A DNA stretch of 64,000 nt from an uncultured Candidatus Saccharibacteria bacterium (GCA_964648985.1 CAZYMS010000004.1:2793-66792); one strand, 5' to 3'. Counted from the stretch's first letter, positions 9,699 to 19,899 are shown. Notes: generated from the letters alone by a model not told the origin. Numbers and translations are program-made.

Positions 9699-10118
9699 AT
9701 GGAATTAAATTATACAGCGATACTAGTCGCCACAATTGCGCAGTTTATTTTTGGGGCCATTTGGTACACACCCATCTTTGGTAAACTCTGGGGAAAGATT
9801 CACGAGTTCGACAAAGTCCCGGCTGACAAGCAAAAGGAAATGATGAAAAACATGTGGAAGCCTTTGCTGGTCCAGCTTATTGTAACTTTCATAACCAGCT
9901 TCGTGTTTGCATTGCTTTTGAACGGTTTCCCCACGGACTGGAACGTGTACGGCTTGGCATTCTTCTTCTGGCTAGGGTTTATTGTGCCAACGCAGGTGGC
10001 CGCAGTGCTGTTTGGTGGCACTAAGCCAGAGTGGGTGCTAACTAAAATAGCCATTATGGCCGGTGCAGCGCTCGGCTGCATGGAAATAGCCGCGGTTGTG
10101 TTTAAGTGGATGATGTAA
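9699..10118 (+). CDS. DUF1761 membrane protein
   Basis: AILVATIAQFIFGAIWYTPIFGKLW; WLGF. Confidence 0.85.
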   Translation: MELNYTAILVATIAQFIFGAIWYTPIFGKLWGKIHEFDKVPADKQKEMMKNMWKPLLVQLIVTFITSFVFALLLNGFPTDWNVYGLAFFFWLGFIVPTQVAAVLFGGTKPEWVLTKIAIMAGAALGCMEIAAVVFKWMM

Positions 10119-10139
10119 TACAGACCACTACTATATAAA

Positions 10140-10170
10140 AGCCGTTACAATGGTCACCATTGTAACGGCT
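10140..10170. terminator. palindromic repeat family C; terminator between convergent genes
   Basis: agccgttacaatggtcaccattgtaacggct, near-perfect palindrome. Confidence 0.75.
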
Positions 10171-10194
10171 ATTGTTATCTTTAAATTTCAAATA

Positions 10195-10557
10195 TTATTT
10201 GTATTCTAGCTCTGTAAGGTCTATGTGCACGTTGTTTTTTTCTGCAATTTTAGCAACCCAGCTTACAATAACATCTTGTCGGTGCTTGAGTTCTAGGTAC
10301 CGTTCATTGGAAAGGTTCAAGTAGTTATTGACTGAGTTTCTAAGTCCTTCAATTTCGGTTTTAAGCCTTTGTTCCGTAGCGGCGAGGTCATCTTTGGTAG
10401 CCATTTCCGCTCGAATAGCAGCAATGTCATCTTTGGTAGCCATATTCGCAATGCCATCCTTAGTTGCCATTCTGCCGGTAATGTCCTCAAAACCCCTAGC
10501 TACCATAGCAGCTAAGTCGTCTAAGGTCATGGGTTGTTTGTTGTTACTCTCGTCCAT
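10195..10557 (-). CDS. coiled-coil protein with three MATKD repeats
   Basis: TLDDLAAMVARGF then MATKDG/MATKDD/MATKDD. Confidence 0.75.
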   Translation of the reverse strand: MDESNNKQPMTLDDLAAMVARGFEDITGRMATKDGIANMATKDDIAAIRAEMATKDDLAATEQRLKTEIEGLRNSVNNYLNLSNERYLELKHRQDVIVSWVAKIAEKNNVHIDLTELEYK

Positions 10558-10629
10558 ATATCAAGTATATCACTGCCTCCGAAGGAAGACAATTTGGATG
10601 GTGTGGTAGTAAAGCTTCGGTACATATGC

Positions 10630-10697
10630 TGGATCCCCGGGTCTTCCGCCGTCGCCAAGGCTATGGTGGACAGGTCGCGGACTCGCCCGAGGATGGC
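10630..10697. repeat. composite REP-like element
   Basis: Inner hairpin tccgccgtcgccaaggctatggtgga nested in a tggatccccggg...cccgaggatg frame; intergenic. Confidence 0.55.
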
Positions 10698-10705
10698 AAA
10701 CGGGG

Positions 10706-11056
10706 CTACTTTCGCAAAATCTTCTCCATTGGTTTTCCTTTTGCCAGTTCGTCTATGAGTTTGTCTAGGTAGCGGATTTCCTGCATAAGAGGTTCTTTAA
10801 TTTCTTCTACCCGTATGCCGCAAATAATACCAGTAATGAGTTTTCGCGCAGGGTTTAGCTTGGGGGCTTTTGCAAAGAAAGTCTCGAAGTCTGTTTGTTT
10901 TTTTATCTGAGCTTCTAGTTGTTTCTGTGTGTAACCCGTGAGCCAGTGAACAATTGCATCTACTTCTGCTTTGGTGCGGCCCTTTCTTTCTACCTTTGCT
11001 ATATACAGGGGGTAGACCCTTGCAAAGCTCATTGTGTAAACTCTTTGTGTATCCAT
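10706..11056 (-). CDS. DUF2200 family protein
   Basis: [20 protein letters not shown]...WLTGY...ICGIRVEEI...[14 protein letters not shown]. Confidence 0.9.
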   Translation of the reverse strand: MDTQRVYTMSFARVYPLYIAKVERKGRTKAEVDAIVHWLTGYTQKQLEAQIKKQTDFETFFAKAPKLNPARKLITGIICGIRVEEIKEPLMQEIRYLDKLIDELAKGKPMEKILRK

Positions 11057-11138
11057 TTTTGTATTTTAGCATGCGTGCAGCAACTGCAGTATGAACATGC
11101 CATGATATAATTACAGTACTTATTGGTCTGAAACTAAC

Positions 11139-13253
11139 GTGTGCATAAAAAACCAGATAATTACATTACGAACGTCGAGTATTTTTCTATCTGTCCTTGG
11201 CGTTGTATGCACTGCATTCGTACTCGTACTCATATCTCCCGCTCAAGTCGTTCGTGCTGCTACTTCCAGCAACCTTCTTACTAACCCTGGTGCAGAAACA
11301 AGTGACTTCACGGGGTGGACTGTAGTGAACGGGGGAGATGGTTGGGCTATATCAGGTTTGTTCCACACGGGCTCTCGTAGTTTTATTACTTCATATTTTG
11401 ACGGAACCCTTAGTCAGGAAATAAACCTTTCTAATGCAGGATATAATGGCACGGCCATGGACGCGCAGCCGTACATAGATGCGGGTGTGTGGGTCATGGG
11501 GTACGATTCCGGTTCGGGTACGAACGACCCCTATAGTGTGCGGGTTGAGCTCCGTGACGCGAGTCATGCAGCACTCGTCACCTGGGATACAGGGAGTCAA
11601 ACAGCTACGGGAAGCTGGGCAGAGGTTTCGCATAGGTTTACGAACTACGGCACTGGGGTGCGCTATGTATACATGAGGCTTACGGGCCGTTCTTCTGCAT
11701 TTTGGGCAGGACAGTTTGGCGCGGCATTTGATGATGCTTCAGTAACACTGACCACCAGTGAACCGACTGGTTTTATCTCCGGAAGCTATTCGGACAATAA
11801 TAGCGATGGCAAAGTAGACACGCTTACTGCAGCAGTGAATTTTTCCCCGCTTACCACGTGCGATGTGTCCAGTGGTGAACTTGCCTCGGATTGGACTTAC
11901 AATGGAAATTCTTTTGGTGGGAGTATAGCATCGGCGAGTTGCAACTTGTCCACGGGAACTATCACATTTACCCTTACCGGTGGGAGCGATCATTATACTG
12001 GCGGTACCGCGCCAACCATTGCCTATAACAATACTGATGGTGACAACTCCATTGCTAATTCTATTGGTGCCATGGGCACGGTAACTGCGTTTTCGTTGGC
12101 GGATAGCGCAGCCCCTGTACTTCAAGAGGGGACGCCAGTGACTAATCCAACAAACGACAATACTCCAAACTACTCTTTCTTTTCCTCTGAACAAGGCACT
12201 ATTACCTATGCTGGTGGCTGTACTTCTGCTACTACCACTGCCTTTGGAAGCGCAGGGAATGTTATTACGTTTTCTACGCTTGCAGACGGTACCTATGGTA
12301 TTTGCACTATTAAGGTAACAGATGGTAGCGGCAACCAGTCTGCATTGCTTGCAGTAACTCCGTTTACCGTAGACACGACTACGCCAAACATAACTGGCTT
12401 TACTGTATCAATTCTCCGGAGCATTCTTACTGCCACATGGACCACAAATGAAGCCGCCTCTACCCAGCTGCAGTACGAGATCGGTGCGCTTAGTAACGCT
12501 ACTTCAGTTGCAGATACGAGTCCGCGCACTACTTCACATACCGTTATTGTGTCCGGTGTGGACCCGTGTAATCCGTATACTGTTCGAGCAATAAGCGCGG
12601 ATGCTACTGGCAATACTTCGCAAAGCTCATCTTTTAATATAGCTGCTCAGTCGTGCGGAGTTGCCCTGCCCATTGTTGCGTTCGCAGCGCCCGTGCTTCC
12701 CAGTACTGGTTTTCAAGTATCCGCTGCACGTATGGGTAATAAGCTCATTATAACGTCTAACGCTGGAGACGATGTGAAAACCATGGCTGTTGCTACTACC
12801 TCAGATTTTGCGAATACCGGGCAAATACCGTACGCCAAAGTTGTGGAGTGGGGTAGCGATATGCCAGGGTATTCAGGTACTGCAGAAAAAGTCTATGTAA
12901 AGTTTTATACTAGTTGGGGTCAGTCGAGTAGTGTCTACACTGCGCCAGTAGCAAACACTAAAGTCTTAGGAGTAATCACACCTGAAGTGGCAGCACCAAG
13001 TCCACCAACCATACTATTTAAAACAACGTTAACCACACGAAGTAAGAGTCCAGAAGTAAAAGCTTTGCAGGAGTTGCTCAGAACCATGCCTGGCATATAT
13101 CCAGAAGGGTTGGTAACTGGGTACTATGGAAGTGCAACCCGCAGTGCAGTGCAGCGCTTCCAGCTCCAGTACGGTATAGCGCAGAAAAATAGTGGTGGGT
13201 TTGGAATAGTTGGCCCTGCTACCCGAAAGCAGTTAAATGCATTAGTACGTTAG
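11139..13253 (+). CDS. secreted surface protein: FBA-like lectin domain, Ig/FN3 modules, C-terminal peptidoglycan-binding domain
   Basis: Signal peptide; NLLTNPGAE...GGDGW...VSHRFTNYGTGVRYV...FWAGQFG; VKALQELL...TGYYGSATRSAVQRFQ...GIVGPATRKQLN. Confidence 0.85.
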   Translation: MCIKNQIITLRTSSIFLSVLGVVCTAFVLVLISPAQVVRAATSSNLLTNPGAETSDFTGWTVVNGGDGWAISGLFHTGSRSFITSYFDGTLSQEINLSNAGYNGTAMDAQPYIDAGVWVMGYDSGSGTNDPYSVRVELRDASHAALVTWDTGSQTATGSWAEVSHRFTNYGTGVRYVYMRLTGRSSAFWAGQFGAAFDDASVTLTTSEPTGFISGSYSDNNSDGKVDTLTAAVNFSPLTTCDVSSGELASDWTYNGNSFGGSIASASCNLSTGTITFTLTGGSDHYTGGTAPTIAYNNTDGDNSIANSIGAMGTVTAFSLADSAAPVLQEGTPVTNPTNDNTPNYSFFSSEQGTITYAGGCTSATTTAFGSAGNVITFSTLADGTYGICTIKVTDGSGNQSALLAVTPFTVDTTTPNITGFTVSILRSILTATWTTNEAASTQLQYEIGALSNATSVADTSPRTTSHTVIVSGVDPCNPYTVRAISADATGNTSQSSSFNIAAQSCGVALPIVAFAAPVLPSTGFQVSAARMGNKLIITSNAGDDVKTMAVATTSDFANTGQIPYAKVVEWGSDMPGYSGTAEKVYVKFYTSWGQSSSVYTAPVANTKVLGVITPEVAAPSPPTILFKTTLTTRSKSPEVKALQELLRTMPGIYPEGLVTGYYGSATRSAVQRFQLQYGIAQKNSGGFGIVGPATRKQLNALVR

Positions 13254-13331
13254 TATGCGCTCGAAAATATAAAGACCCCGAATTTACATTGTTGCATTCA
13301 GCGTTTTTATTATGAATAGATGTACGTACAA

Positions 13332-13750
13332 ATGGCATACTATAAAAATATATTGACTAACTTGTCTACACTTAATTTTGCAGCATGGCAATACATACAG
13401 ATTGCCACGAAAAATATACGCTCGCTATGCTGTCTACATTATAGGAGTGGGTGCAGTGGTATGAACAATATCTAAAGCATTGTGGGTTTTGGAAAGTGCC
13501 ACTACAAGTCGGACAAGAGTAGTCAGGAAGGGGGCTGGTTTCGTGTGGGGTTCCCTCCACGGAAGCAAAACCTTCCTCTCTATATATACTTGCGTGGAAA
13601 GCCGAGGAGCCAAAGGAGCTATTCAAGCTTGGAAAGTATAAACGAGGCGGCGGGTGCTTGTATATAAACAAACTTGCAGATGTAAACCAGAAAGTCTTGG
13701 CTAAACTTATAAAAGACATGTACATCTACTATAAAAAATGCATCTTGTTA
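13332..13750 (+). pseudogene. decayed DUF1801 gene (paralog of 28031-28471)
   Basis: Fragments GFGKCHYKSDKSSQEGGWFRVGFPPRKQNLPLYI and YINKLADVNQKVL in different frames. Confidence 0.8.
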
Positions 13751-13903
13751 CATAACACCAAAAATACCAAGTGCCCTCTTGGTATTTTTAATGGCAGTTT
13801 TTCAAATCTTGCCATGGGTCTTTGCACGAGTGTTGCTAATATTCTCATGTGCTATGGTATGCGGGTGGCTGCATGCGACAGTATCCAAAGTTGAGGCGAG
13901 TGC

Positions 13904-16900
13904 ATGATATACTTAAGCCATACTAATAAACAAACTTTAGAGAATCCAATGAGGTCATTTGTAAAAATTTGCGCGCTCTTTGCCTGTGCGCTCGTTGCAT
14001 TCGTCGGCGTTCAGCAGCTGGCTCGTGCAGACGTAAACACTGCTCCGGTCTTAGACAACTCCAAAAGTCCAGTATTTTCTTCAATCCTGGAAGATGCCGG
14101 CGCTCCTGTTGGCGCGGTGGGTACGCTGGTGAGCCAGCTCGTAGATTTTGCAAGCCCCGCAGGGCAGGTGGACAACGTGACCGATCCCGATGCCGGCGCG
14201 CTGCTCGGCATTGCCATAACCGAAACAGACGCGAGTCTTACGTGTTACTACACGACGAACGGCGGGTCCGTTTGGTCCTCGCTTGGTACGCCAGCTGCCA
14301 ACTCAGCTCGCCTGCTTGCGGCAAACGCAAATAATCGGGTTTACTGCCATGCCGTTGCGGACCAAAACGGTGTGTACACTTCTGCTATTACGTTCCGCGC
14401 CTGGGACCAGACCAGCGGGGCAGACGGCTCCGTAGTGTCCACGACGACGAATGGCGGTACAACCGCTTTTTCTGTGGCGACCGACACGGCCAGTCTTACC
14501 ATAACCGGAGTGGAGGATGCGCCAACCGGGTATACGGCGTCGTATCAGGATGTGAATAACGATGGCGCGGTTGATCGGCTGGTGGTGGTTGTCAACGGCG
14601 GACATGCGTTGACTGCCTGTACGGTTTCCGCAGGTGAAATTTCCAGTGACTGGACGTATAGCGGCGGCGGTATTGGCGGGTCACTTGCTTCTGCGTCGTG
14701 CGATACGGCAAGCGCGACCATTACGTTTACCATTAGCGGCGCGACCGCGCTCACAACCAGCGGGACACCTACCATTGCCTACGATAACGACGACGGCGAC
14801 AACTCTATTGCGAACTCTTACGGCAGTCTGGGTACGGTAGGTGCTACTGGTGCGGCTGATGAAGCGCCGCCTTACATGTTTCGCGTGACCGACTACTACG
14901 GCGACTATAACCAGGACGGCACCATTACCGACATGTTTATTGCTTTTTCCGAGTCCATTAGCTGCGAAGTAGAGAGTGGTGACTGGAGTTTTTCGGTGGC
15001 GGGCGGTGTGGGCTTTCAAGCGGTCACGGGGTGCTACTCCTATGTGGGCAACACGTACCGCTTTACCGTGACTTCAAGCACGACGTTAGTAACGGGAGGG
15101 ACCGCTCCGCAGTTTACCTATTCTAACCAGGGGACGCTTGGCTCGCTGCGTGATGCTGCGGGGAACCAGGTCGTCACGACCGGGCCGCTTACGTTAAACG
15201 ATGCCGGCGCGCCCCAAATTCGAAGCTTTACGTATCAAGACGCAGATGTAGATGGTAAAATAGACCGCTTGCTCCTTACCTTTACCGAACCAATTACGTC
15301 TAACTCCTTCCTGAGCGCGAACGACCTTGTATTTAACAACGTAGGTGATTTTACCGGGGCTGCATTTGGCACGGATGGCACCGATTTAGTGACAGGGACA
15401 ATAAGCACGCTTACCATGGTACTGGGCACGGAAGCGACAGCAGTGGATACGGCCAATGGTAATGGCAGCATAAGCATTAGTTCGCGAAATAGTTTCGTAC
15501 TGCGTGATGCGGCGTTTAATATAGGTAATACGCTCAAAGTCCAGTCGCAGGCAAGTTATATAGATGGTGCCGCGCCCGTGTATGTGTCTTCCTCTACTTT
15601 GGATAATAACCAAAATGGTACTGTGGATTATGTGCGGGTAACGTATTCAGAACCAATAGACGATGCTTCGGTGGCTGCCGCGGACTTTGCTGCCGGCTTT
15701 ACCGGGGTTTCTGCGGGTGCGCTGGTGGAAAGCGTTGCTTCTGGGACGCCGGCCAGTGGAGTGGTAACCGACACGGCCAACGATGCCGCAATATATGTGG
15801 GCATTGCCAGTGGAACTGATGTGATTGCTCCGAACAAGACAGATTACACAATGCACATTGCCCAAGTGGGGAGCGTGAGTGATGTATCGGGCAATGCGCT
15901 CGCTTCCTTTACCGAGCAGACTTCTACCGACGGTGCGGCTCCGGCGCTGTATACTAGTACGGTTATTGATAGCCCCACCACTAACACCGCGCCCACTATA
16001 TTCTTTTCTATTATAGAAGACGGTACACTCAGTTATACGGGTGGTTGTACCATGCCTCTCACTAACGTTGTGGCAGGGGCTTACTTGCAAGCCTTTGATG
16101 CTCTGGCAGATGGAACCTATAGCTGTACTATTCTGGGAACAGACGCGTTAGGGAATGTTTCTGCGGCGCTGACTATAAATACCTTTACCGTGGATACCGC
16201 GTCACCCCTGCTTTCTGCCGCGAGCGTAGGACAGAGTGCCGGTACCACTACTACCATAACCTGGACCACGAACGAACCAACTTCAAGTATAGTAAACTAC
16301 GGCACTACCACTGCATACGGCAGCAGCACCGGGGAAGTGGACACCGCTCCACGGGTCACCAGTCACTCGGTGAGTATAAGTGGTTTGGTGCTGTGTCGCG
16401 ACTACCATTTTAGACCGTCTTCCAAAGACAGTGCGGGCAACGAGATTGTCGGACCTGACATTGTGTTGAGCAACCTGGGCGGCTGTGGCGCTGCGTTGCC
16501 CGTAGGGGCTTTGTCCGGCCCGGTAGTCCCTGAGGGTGGCTTTAAAATTAGCTTTAAAGAAGGTGCGGTAGTGAGTGCACCGACGGTTACGTTGCTGTTC
16601 AACGCCGGGGAGGATGTGACTCAACTTGCGTTGTCTAACTCCGCAGATTTTTCCCAAGCTGTGTTAGAGGCCTACCAGCCTGTGCGGGTGTGGAATGTAT
16701 GCCAGAAGTCGGCAGCAGATGTACCCGCACCGGTCTGTAAGCCGGGAACCTACGCCGTGTACGTAAAGTTTTATACCAAGTGGGGTCGGTCGTCCGATGT
16801 AGTGACCGCATCGGTTACGGTACAAGAGTCGGGGTTTAGTTCACACTCGCTCGTGCAAGACGGCACTACTATATACCTTATACTGGGTGGGAAAAAATAC

Positions 16901-17209
16901 GGTTTTACTTCGTTTGTCGCATTCCAAGGGCTGGGCTACACAACAAAGCGGGTGGTTCGAGGTAAAACTACTACTGTGCCCCTGGGTGGACTCATTAAAA
17001 ACGCATCGGCCGCTCACTTGAGTGGTTCATGGGTAGTGCAGAATAAAACGGTCTACTTTATAGCCGACGCAGGTCGCATTCCTGTTTCTTCCTGGGAGGT
17101 GTTTCTGGGTAACGGCGGTACTGCTTCGGTTTTGCTCCCCGCCAACTCTGCGGATATGGCTAAACCTGTTCTTCCGACAATGAGCATGAAAGATGGCCGG
17201 GTAAACTAA
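13904..17209 (+). CDS. large secreted surface protein (Ig-like/FN3, DxDxDG repeats, CPR-type C-terminal domain)
   Basis: Signal peptide (likely start ATG 13949); repeated D-x-N/D-x-DG-x-x-D motifs; WTTNEP FN3; C-terminal AHLSGSWVVQNKTVYF. Confidence 0.88.
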   Translation: MIYLSHTNKQTLENPMRSFVKICALFACALVAFVGVQQLARADVNTAPVLDNSKSPVFSSILEDAGAPVGAVGTLVSQLVDFASPAGQVDNVTDPDAGALLGIAITETDASLTCYYTTNGGSVWSSLGTPAANSARLLAANANNRVYCHAVADQNGVYTSAITFRAWDQTSGADGSVVSTTTNGGTTAFSVATDTASLTITGVEDAPTGYTASYQDVNNDGAVDRLVVVVNGGHALTACTVSAGEISSDWTYSGGGIGGSLASASCDTASATITFTISGATALTTSGTPTIAYDNDDGDNSIANSYGSLGTVGATGAADEAPPYMFRVTDYYGDYNQDGTITDMFIAFSESISCEVESGDWSFSVAGGVGFQAVTGCYSYVGNTYRFTVTSSTTLVTGGTAPQFTYSNQGTLGSLRDAAGNQVVTTGPLTLNDAGAPQIRSFTYQDADVDGKIDRLLLTFTEPITSNSFLSANDLVFNNVGDFTGAAFGTDGTDLVTGTISTLTMVLGTEATAVDTANGNGSISISSRNSFVLRDAAFNIGNTLKVQSQASYIDGAAPVYVSSSTLDNNQNGTVDYVRVTYSEPIDDASVAAADFAAGFTGVSAGALVESVASGTPASGVVTDTANDAAIYVGIASGTDVIAPNKTDYTMHIAQVGSVSDVSGNALASFTEQTSTDGAAPALYTSTVIDSPTTNTAPTIFFSIIEDGTLSYTGGCTMPLTNVVAGAYLQAFDALADGTYSCTILGTDALGNVSAALTINTFTVDTASPLLSAASVGQSAGTTTTITWTTNEPTSSIVNYGTTTAYGSSTGEVDTAPRVTSHSVSISGLVLCRDYHFRPSSKDSAGNEIVGPDIVLSNLGGCGAALPVGALSGPVVPEGGFKISFKEGAVVSAPTVTLLFNAGEDVTQLALSNSADFSQAVLEAYQPVRVWNVCQKSAADVPAPVCKPGTYAVYVKFYTKWGRSSDVVTASVTVQESGFSSHSLVQDGTTIYLILGGKKYGFTSFVAFQGLGYTTKRVVRGKTTTVPLGGLIKNASAAHLSGSWVVQNKTVYFIADAGRIPVSSWEVFLGNGGTASVLLPANSADMAKPVLPTMSMKDGRVN

Positions 17210-17270
17210 ATACGGTAACAAAGAGCACCTGTCAAAAGCAGGTGTTCCTTGTTATTATTTGTGTATGAGT

Positions 17271-17576
17271 ATGAGTAAAAAAGAGGCAGCCACACCCATG
17301 CCGCACACGTTACCGACGGACCTGCGGAAGGCCATTACTGCTGTACCTAAAGTGCAGGCATTGTGGGATAGTATAACGCCACTCGCGCGCAATGAGTGGG
17401 TGTGTTGGGTAATATCGGGCAAGCAAGAAAAGACCCGCGGTGTTCGTATTGCCAAAGCAGTATCTAAAATGCGCGGTGGTATGCGCCGGCCCTGCTGCTG
17501 GATGGGCTGCCCGCATAGGACTGACAAAGCCTTGAGCCCTTCCGCAAAATGGGCATGGTCTAAAGCGAAGAAATAA
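17271..17576 (+). CDS. YdeI/OmdA-family protein
   Basis: LPTDLRKA...ITPLARNEWVCWV...KQEKTR...RRPCCWMGCPHR. Confidence 0.8.
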   Translation: MSKKEAATPMPHTLPTDLRKAITAVPKVQALWDSITPLARNEWVCWVISGKQEKTRGVRIAKAVSKMRGGMRRPCCWMGCPHRTDKALSPSAKWAWSKAKK

Positions 17577-17603
17577 TTAGATGGCATACAAGGACGTATA
17601 AGC

Positions 17604-17644
17604 AACAAAGGTCACCCTCGCGTCGCGCGAAGGTGGCCTTTGTT
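17604..17644. repeat. palindromic repeat family B
   Basis: aacaaaggtcaccctcgcgtcgcgcgaaggtggcctttgtt. Confidence 0.75.
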
Positions 17645-17678
17645 TTCATAAGCTTGTGATTTTTGTTATCATTGGAAC

Positions 17679-18266
17679 ATGCATAAAGACATTACAACAT
17701 ATAACCGTGCGCAAGATAAAACTTTCAAAGCCATTTGTACGGAACTGGCAAAGCACATAGACGCCGGACTCCCTAAAGCAGAAAGTAAAGTGTGGCATGC
17801 ACATCCCGTATGGTTTATAGACGGTAACCCAGTAGTGGGGTATGCCGTGCGTAAGCAAAATGTACAGCTTTTGTTTTGGAGTGGTCAGTCATTTGAAGAA
17901 CCGGGTCTAGAACCTGAAGGTAGTTTTAAAGCAGCAGAAGTTCGCTATGCGGCTAAAGAGGAGGTAAATTCCCGTAATCTAAAACGCTGGCTCAAAAAAG
18001 CAAAAACCATTCAGTGGGACTATAAAAACATAGTAAAGCGCAAAGGAGAACTGGTCATGCTGGAAACAGACAAGCGTAAAAAGCCGGCCTCACAGAAGCA
18101 GCTCAAGAACGGCGCCAGATGCGCAGTTGTTGCCGGTACGCATAAGGGTAAGGCCGGTACGGTTGAAGATGTGCATACCAGCAAAACCGGAGCGGTAACT
18201 ATAACCGTTCGCCAGAGTAACGGTAACCGTTTTAAGACTTTAGCGAGCAAAATTGAGCTTGTGTAA
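17679..18266 (+). CDS. DUF1801 domain fused to a C-terminal KOW motif
   Basis: KVWHAHPVWF...LLFWSGQSFEE...QWDYKNIVKRKG, then CAVVAGTHKGKAGTV. Confidence 0.82.
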   Translation: MHKDITTYNRAQDKTFKAICTELAKHIDAGLPKAESKVWHAHPVWFIDGNPVVGYAVRKQNVQLLFWSGQSFEEPGLEPEGSFKAAEVRYAAKEEVNSRNLKRWLKKAKTIQWDYKNIVKRKGELVMLETDKRKKPASQKQLKNGARCAVVAGTHKGKAGTVEDVHTSKTGAVTITVRQSNGNRFKTLASKIELV

Positions 18267-18272
18267 ATGTAT

Positions 18273-19010
18273 ATGAAACATAAATTTTTGGTGTTGTGGT
18301 TAGCGGGGTTAGTGGGGGCAGCGGCAGTGCTGCCGTATGCGTTTACGTTGCAGCATGACATTATTGCTACAGTCGGGAAGCCATTGCCGCTGCTGGTATT
18401 TGCGTCCATTGCGCAAACAGCTGTATTACTCGCCGTTGCTATATTTTTTGGACTGAAGTTTGCCAAGCGTGTAGGGTTGTCCGTGCTTGAAGCGGGCTTG
18501 CTTGCAAAGGGAAAACTGCGCGGCTTTTTAACACTTACCGTTGGTGCCGGCATAGTAACCGCGGTGCTTATTGCTGTAGGCGATAATATCTTCGGGCGGT
18601 ACTTACCGGAGCTTGCTCGCGTGAATGGCAGTGTTGCACTTTGGAAAACTTTACTTGCCTCGCTCTATGGGGGAATAGTAGAAGAATTGCTCATGCGCCT
18701 ACTCTGCATGTCTCTGTTTACCTGGGTGCTGGCAAAAGTGTTCCGGTCCCCTGAGCCCGCAAAGAACGCAGTGCTCATGTGGACGGCCATGGGTCTCTCT
18801 GCCGTACTGTTTGGCCTTGGTCACTTGCCCATAACTTCCGCGCTTATGGTTATTACGCCTTTGGTTGTAGTTAGGGCCATAGTCCTCAACGGAATTGGCG
18901 GCCTTGTCTTTGGTTGGCTCTACTGGAAAAAAGGCCTTGAGTACAGCATGGCCGCGCACTTTACTGCAGACATAGTGCTCCTCGCCATCCTCCCTGCTTT
19001 GCTCAAGTAA
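18273..19010 (+). CDS. CPBP (CAAX/Abi) intramembrane metalloprotease
   Basis: EELLMR, FGLGHL and AAHF motifs. Confidence 0.9.
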   Translation: MKHKFLVLWLAGLVGAAAVLPYAFTLQHDIIATVGKPLPLLVFASIAQTAVLLAVAIFFGLKFAKRVGLSVLEAGLLAKGKLRGFLTLTVGAGIVTAVLIAVGDNIFGRYLPELARVNGSVALWKTLLASLYGGIVEELLMRLLCMSLFTWVLAKVFRSPEPAKNAVLMWTAMGLSAVLFGLGHLPITSALMVITPLVVVRAIVLNGIGGLVFGWLYWKKGLEYSMAAHFTADIVLLAILPALLK

Positions 19011-19023
19011 GTATTCTATATAC

Positions 19024-19887
19024 ATGAAGCGAAGATTTTTAACTACGGCAGACATACAAACTATTTTAACCAATTTTCGCGTTGGCACTTTGGTGCGCAG
19101 ACATTACATAGACGGTACCATTGAGAACCAGAACTATAAAATAGTAACTACCAAAGGAGTCTACCTTTTAAAAGTATTTGGGGATGCGCACGTGCCGGCA
19201 AAGGATATTGTGTTCCAGAACAACTTTATGACTTACTTGCGGGTGCAGCGGCTTAAAGTCCCTAAAGTTATTCCTACTCAAAGTTCGGAAACAGTTATAG
19301 AGTATGCCGGTAAGCCGGTGTCTGTATACCAATTTGTAGAAGGTGCGCACATAACAAAGTTTACTAAGCAGATAGTTACAAGCTTGGCCAAAGAAATAGC
19401 CAAGCTGCACACGGTGCTATTAAACTATAAGTTACCCAAAGAACACCAGAACACTTACTACTCAGTTAAGGCGCAAGGTTTTGTAAAAGGCAAAAAGCTC
19501 CGGTCGACATTACTCCACGGTGACTTGGGCACGGACAACATACTCATGCGTGGGAGTAGGGTAACCGCCATTATAGACTTTAACAACCTACACTGGAGCT
19601 ACCTTATAAACGACCTAGCCACCTTTGCCTTGGTGTTTCTCAGTAAACAAAACCTTAAGTACATTCCCATGTTTTTTGCTGAGTACCAGAAGTACCTCAA
19701 GCTGACCCAAGACGAAAAGGCTAGTCTGCAGTTTTTTATGACCGAACACACCAAAGGCGTACTCCGCTGGCTTGAACAACAACTCAAGCAAAAACGCGGC
19801 AAACAACTCACATACGTAAAAAAGACAAAAATAGCCTACACAAAGAAGTTAGCGCTGCTTAAACAGAATCGAATTACGATAATATAA
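19024..19887 (+). CDS. APH/type II homoserine-kinase-like phosphotransferase
   Basis: GTIENQNY, LHGDLGTDN and IIDFN motifs. Confidence 0.85.
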   Translation: MKRRFLTTADIQTILTNFRVGTLVRRHYIDGTIENQNYKIVTTKGVYLLKVFGDAHVPAKDIVFQNNFMTYLRVQRLKVPKVIPTQSSETVIEYAGKPVSVYQFVEGAHITKFTKQIVTSLAKEIAKLHTVLLNYKLPKEHQNTYYSVKAQGFVKGKKLRSTLLHGDLGTDNILMRGSRVTAIIDFNNLHWSYLINDLATFALVFLSKQNLKYIPMFFAEYQKYLKLTQDEKASLQFFMTEHTKGVLRWLEQQLKQKRGKQLTYVKKTKIAYTKKLALLKQNRITII

Positions 19888-19899
19888 AAACTATACGAT

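Noticed and set aside
392-10118. Integron cassette array
   Set aside because: No integrase in the window and no RYYYAAC...GTTRRRY attC structure found; many genes abut as operons
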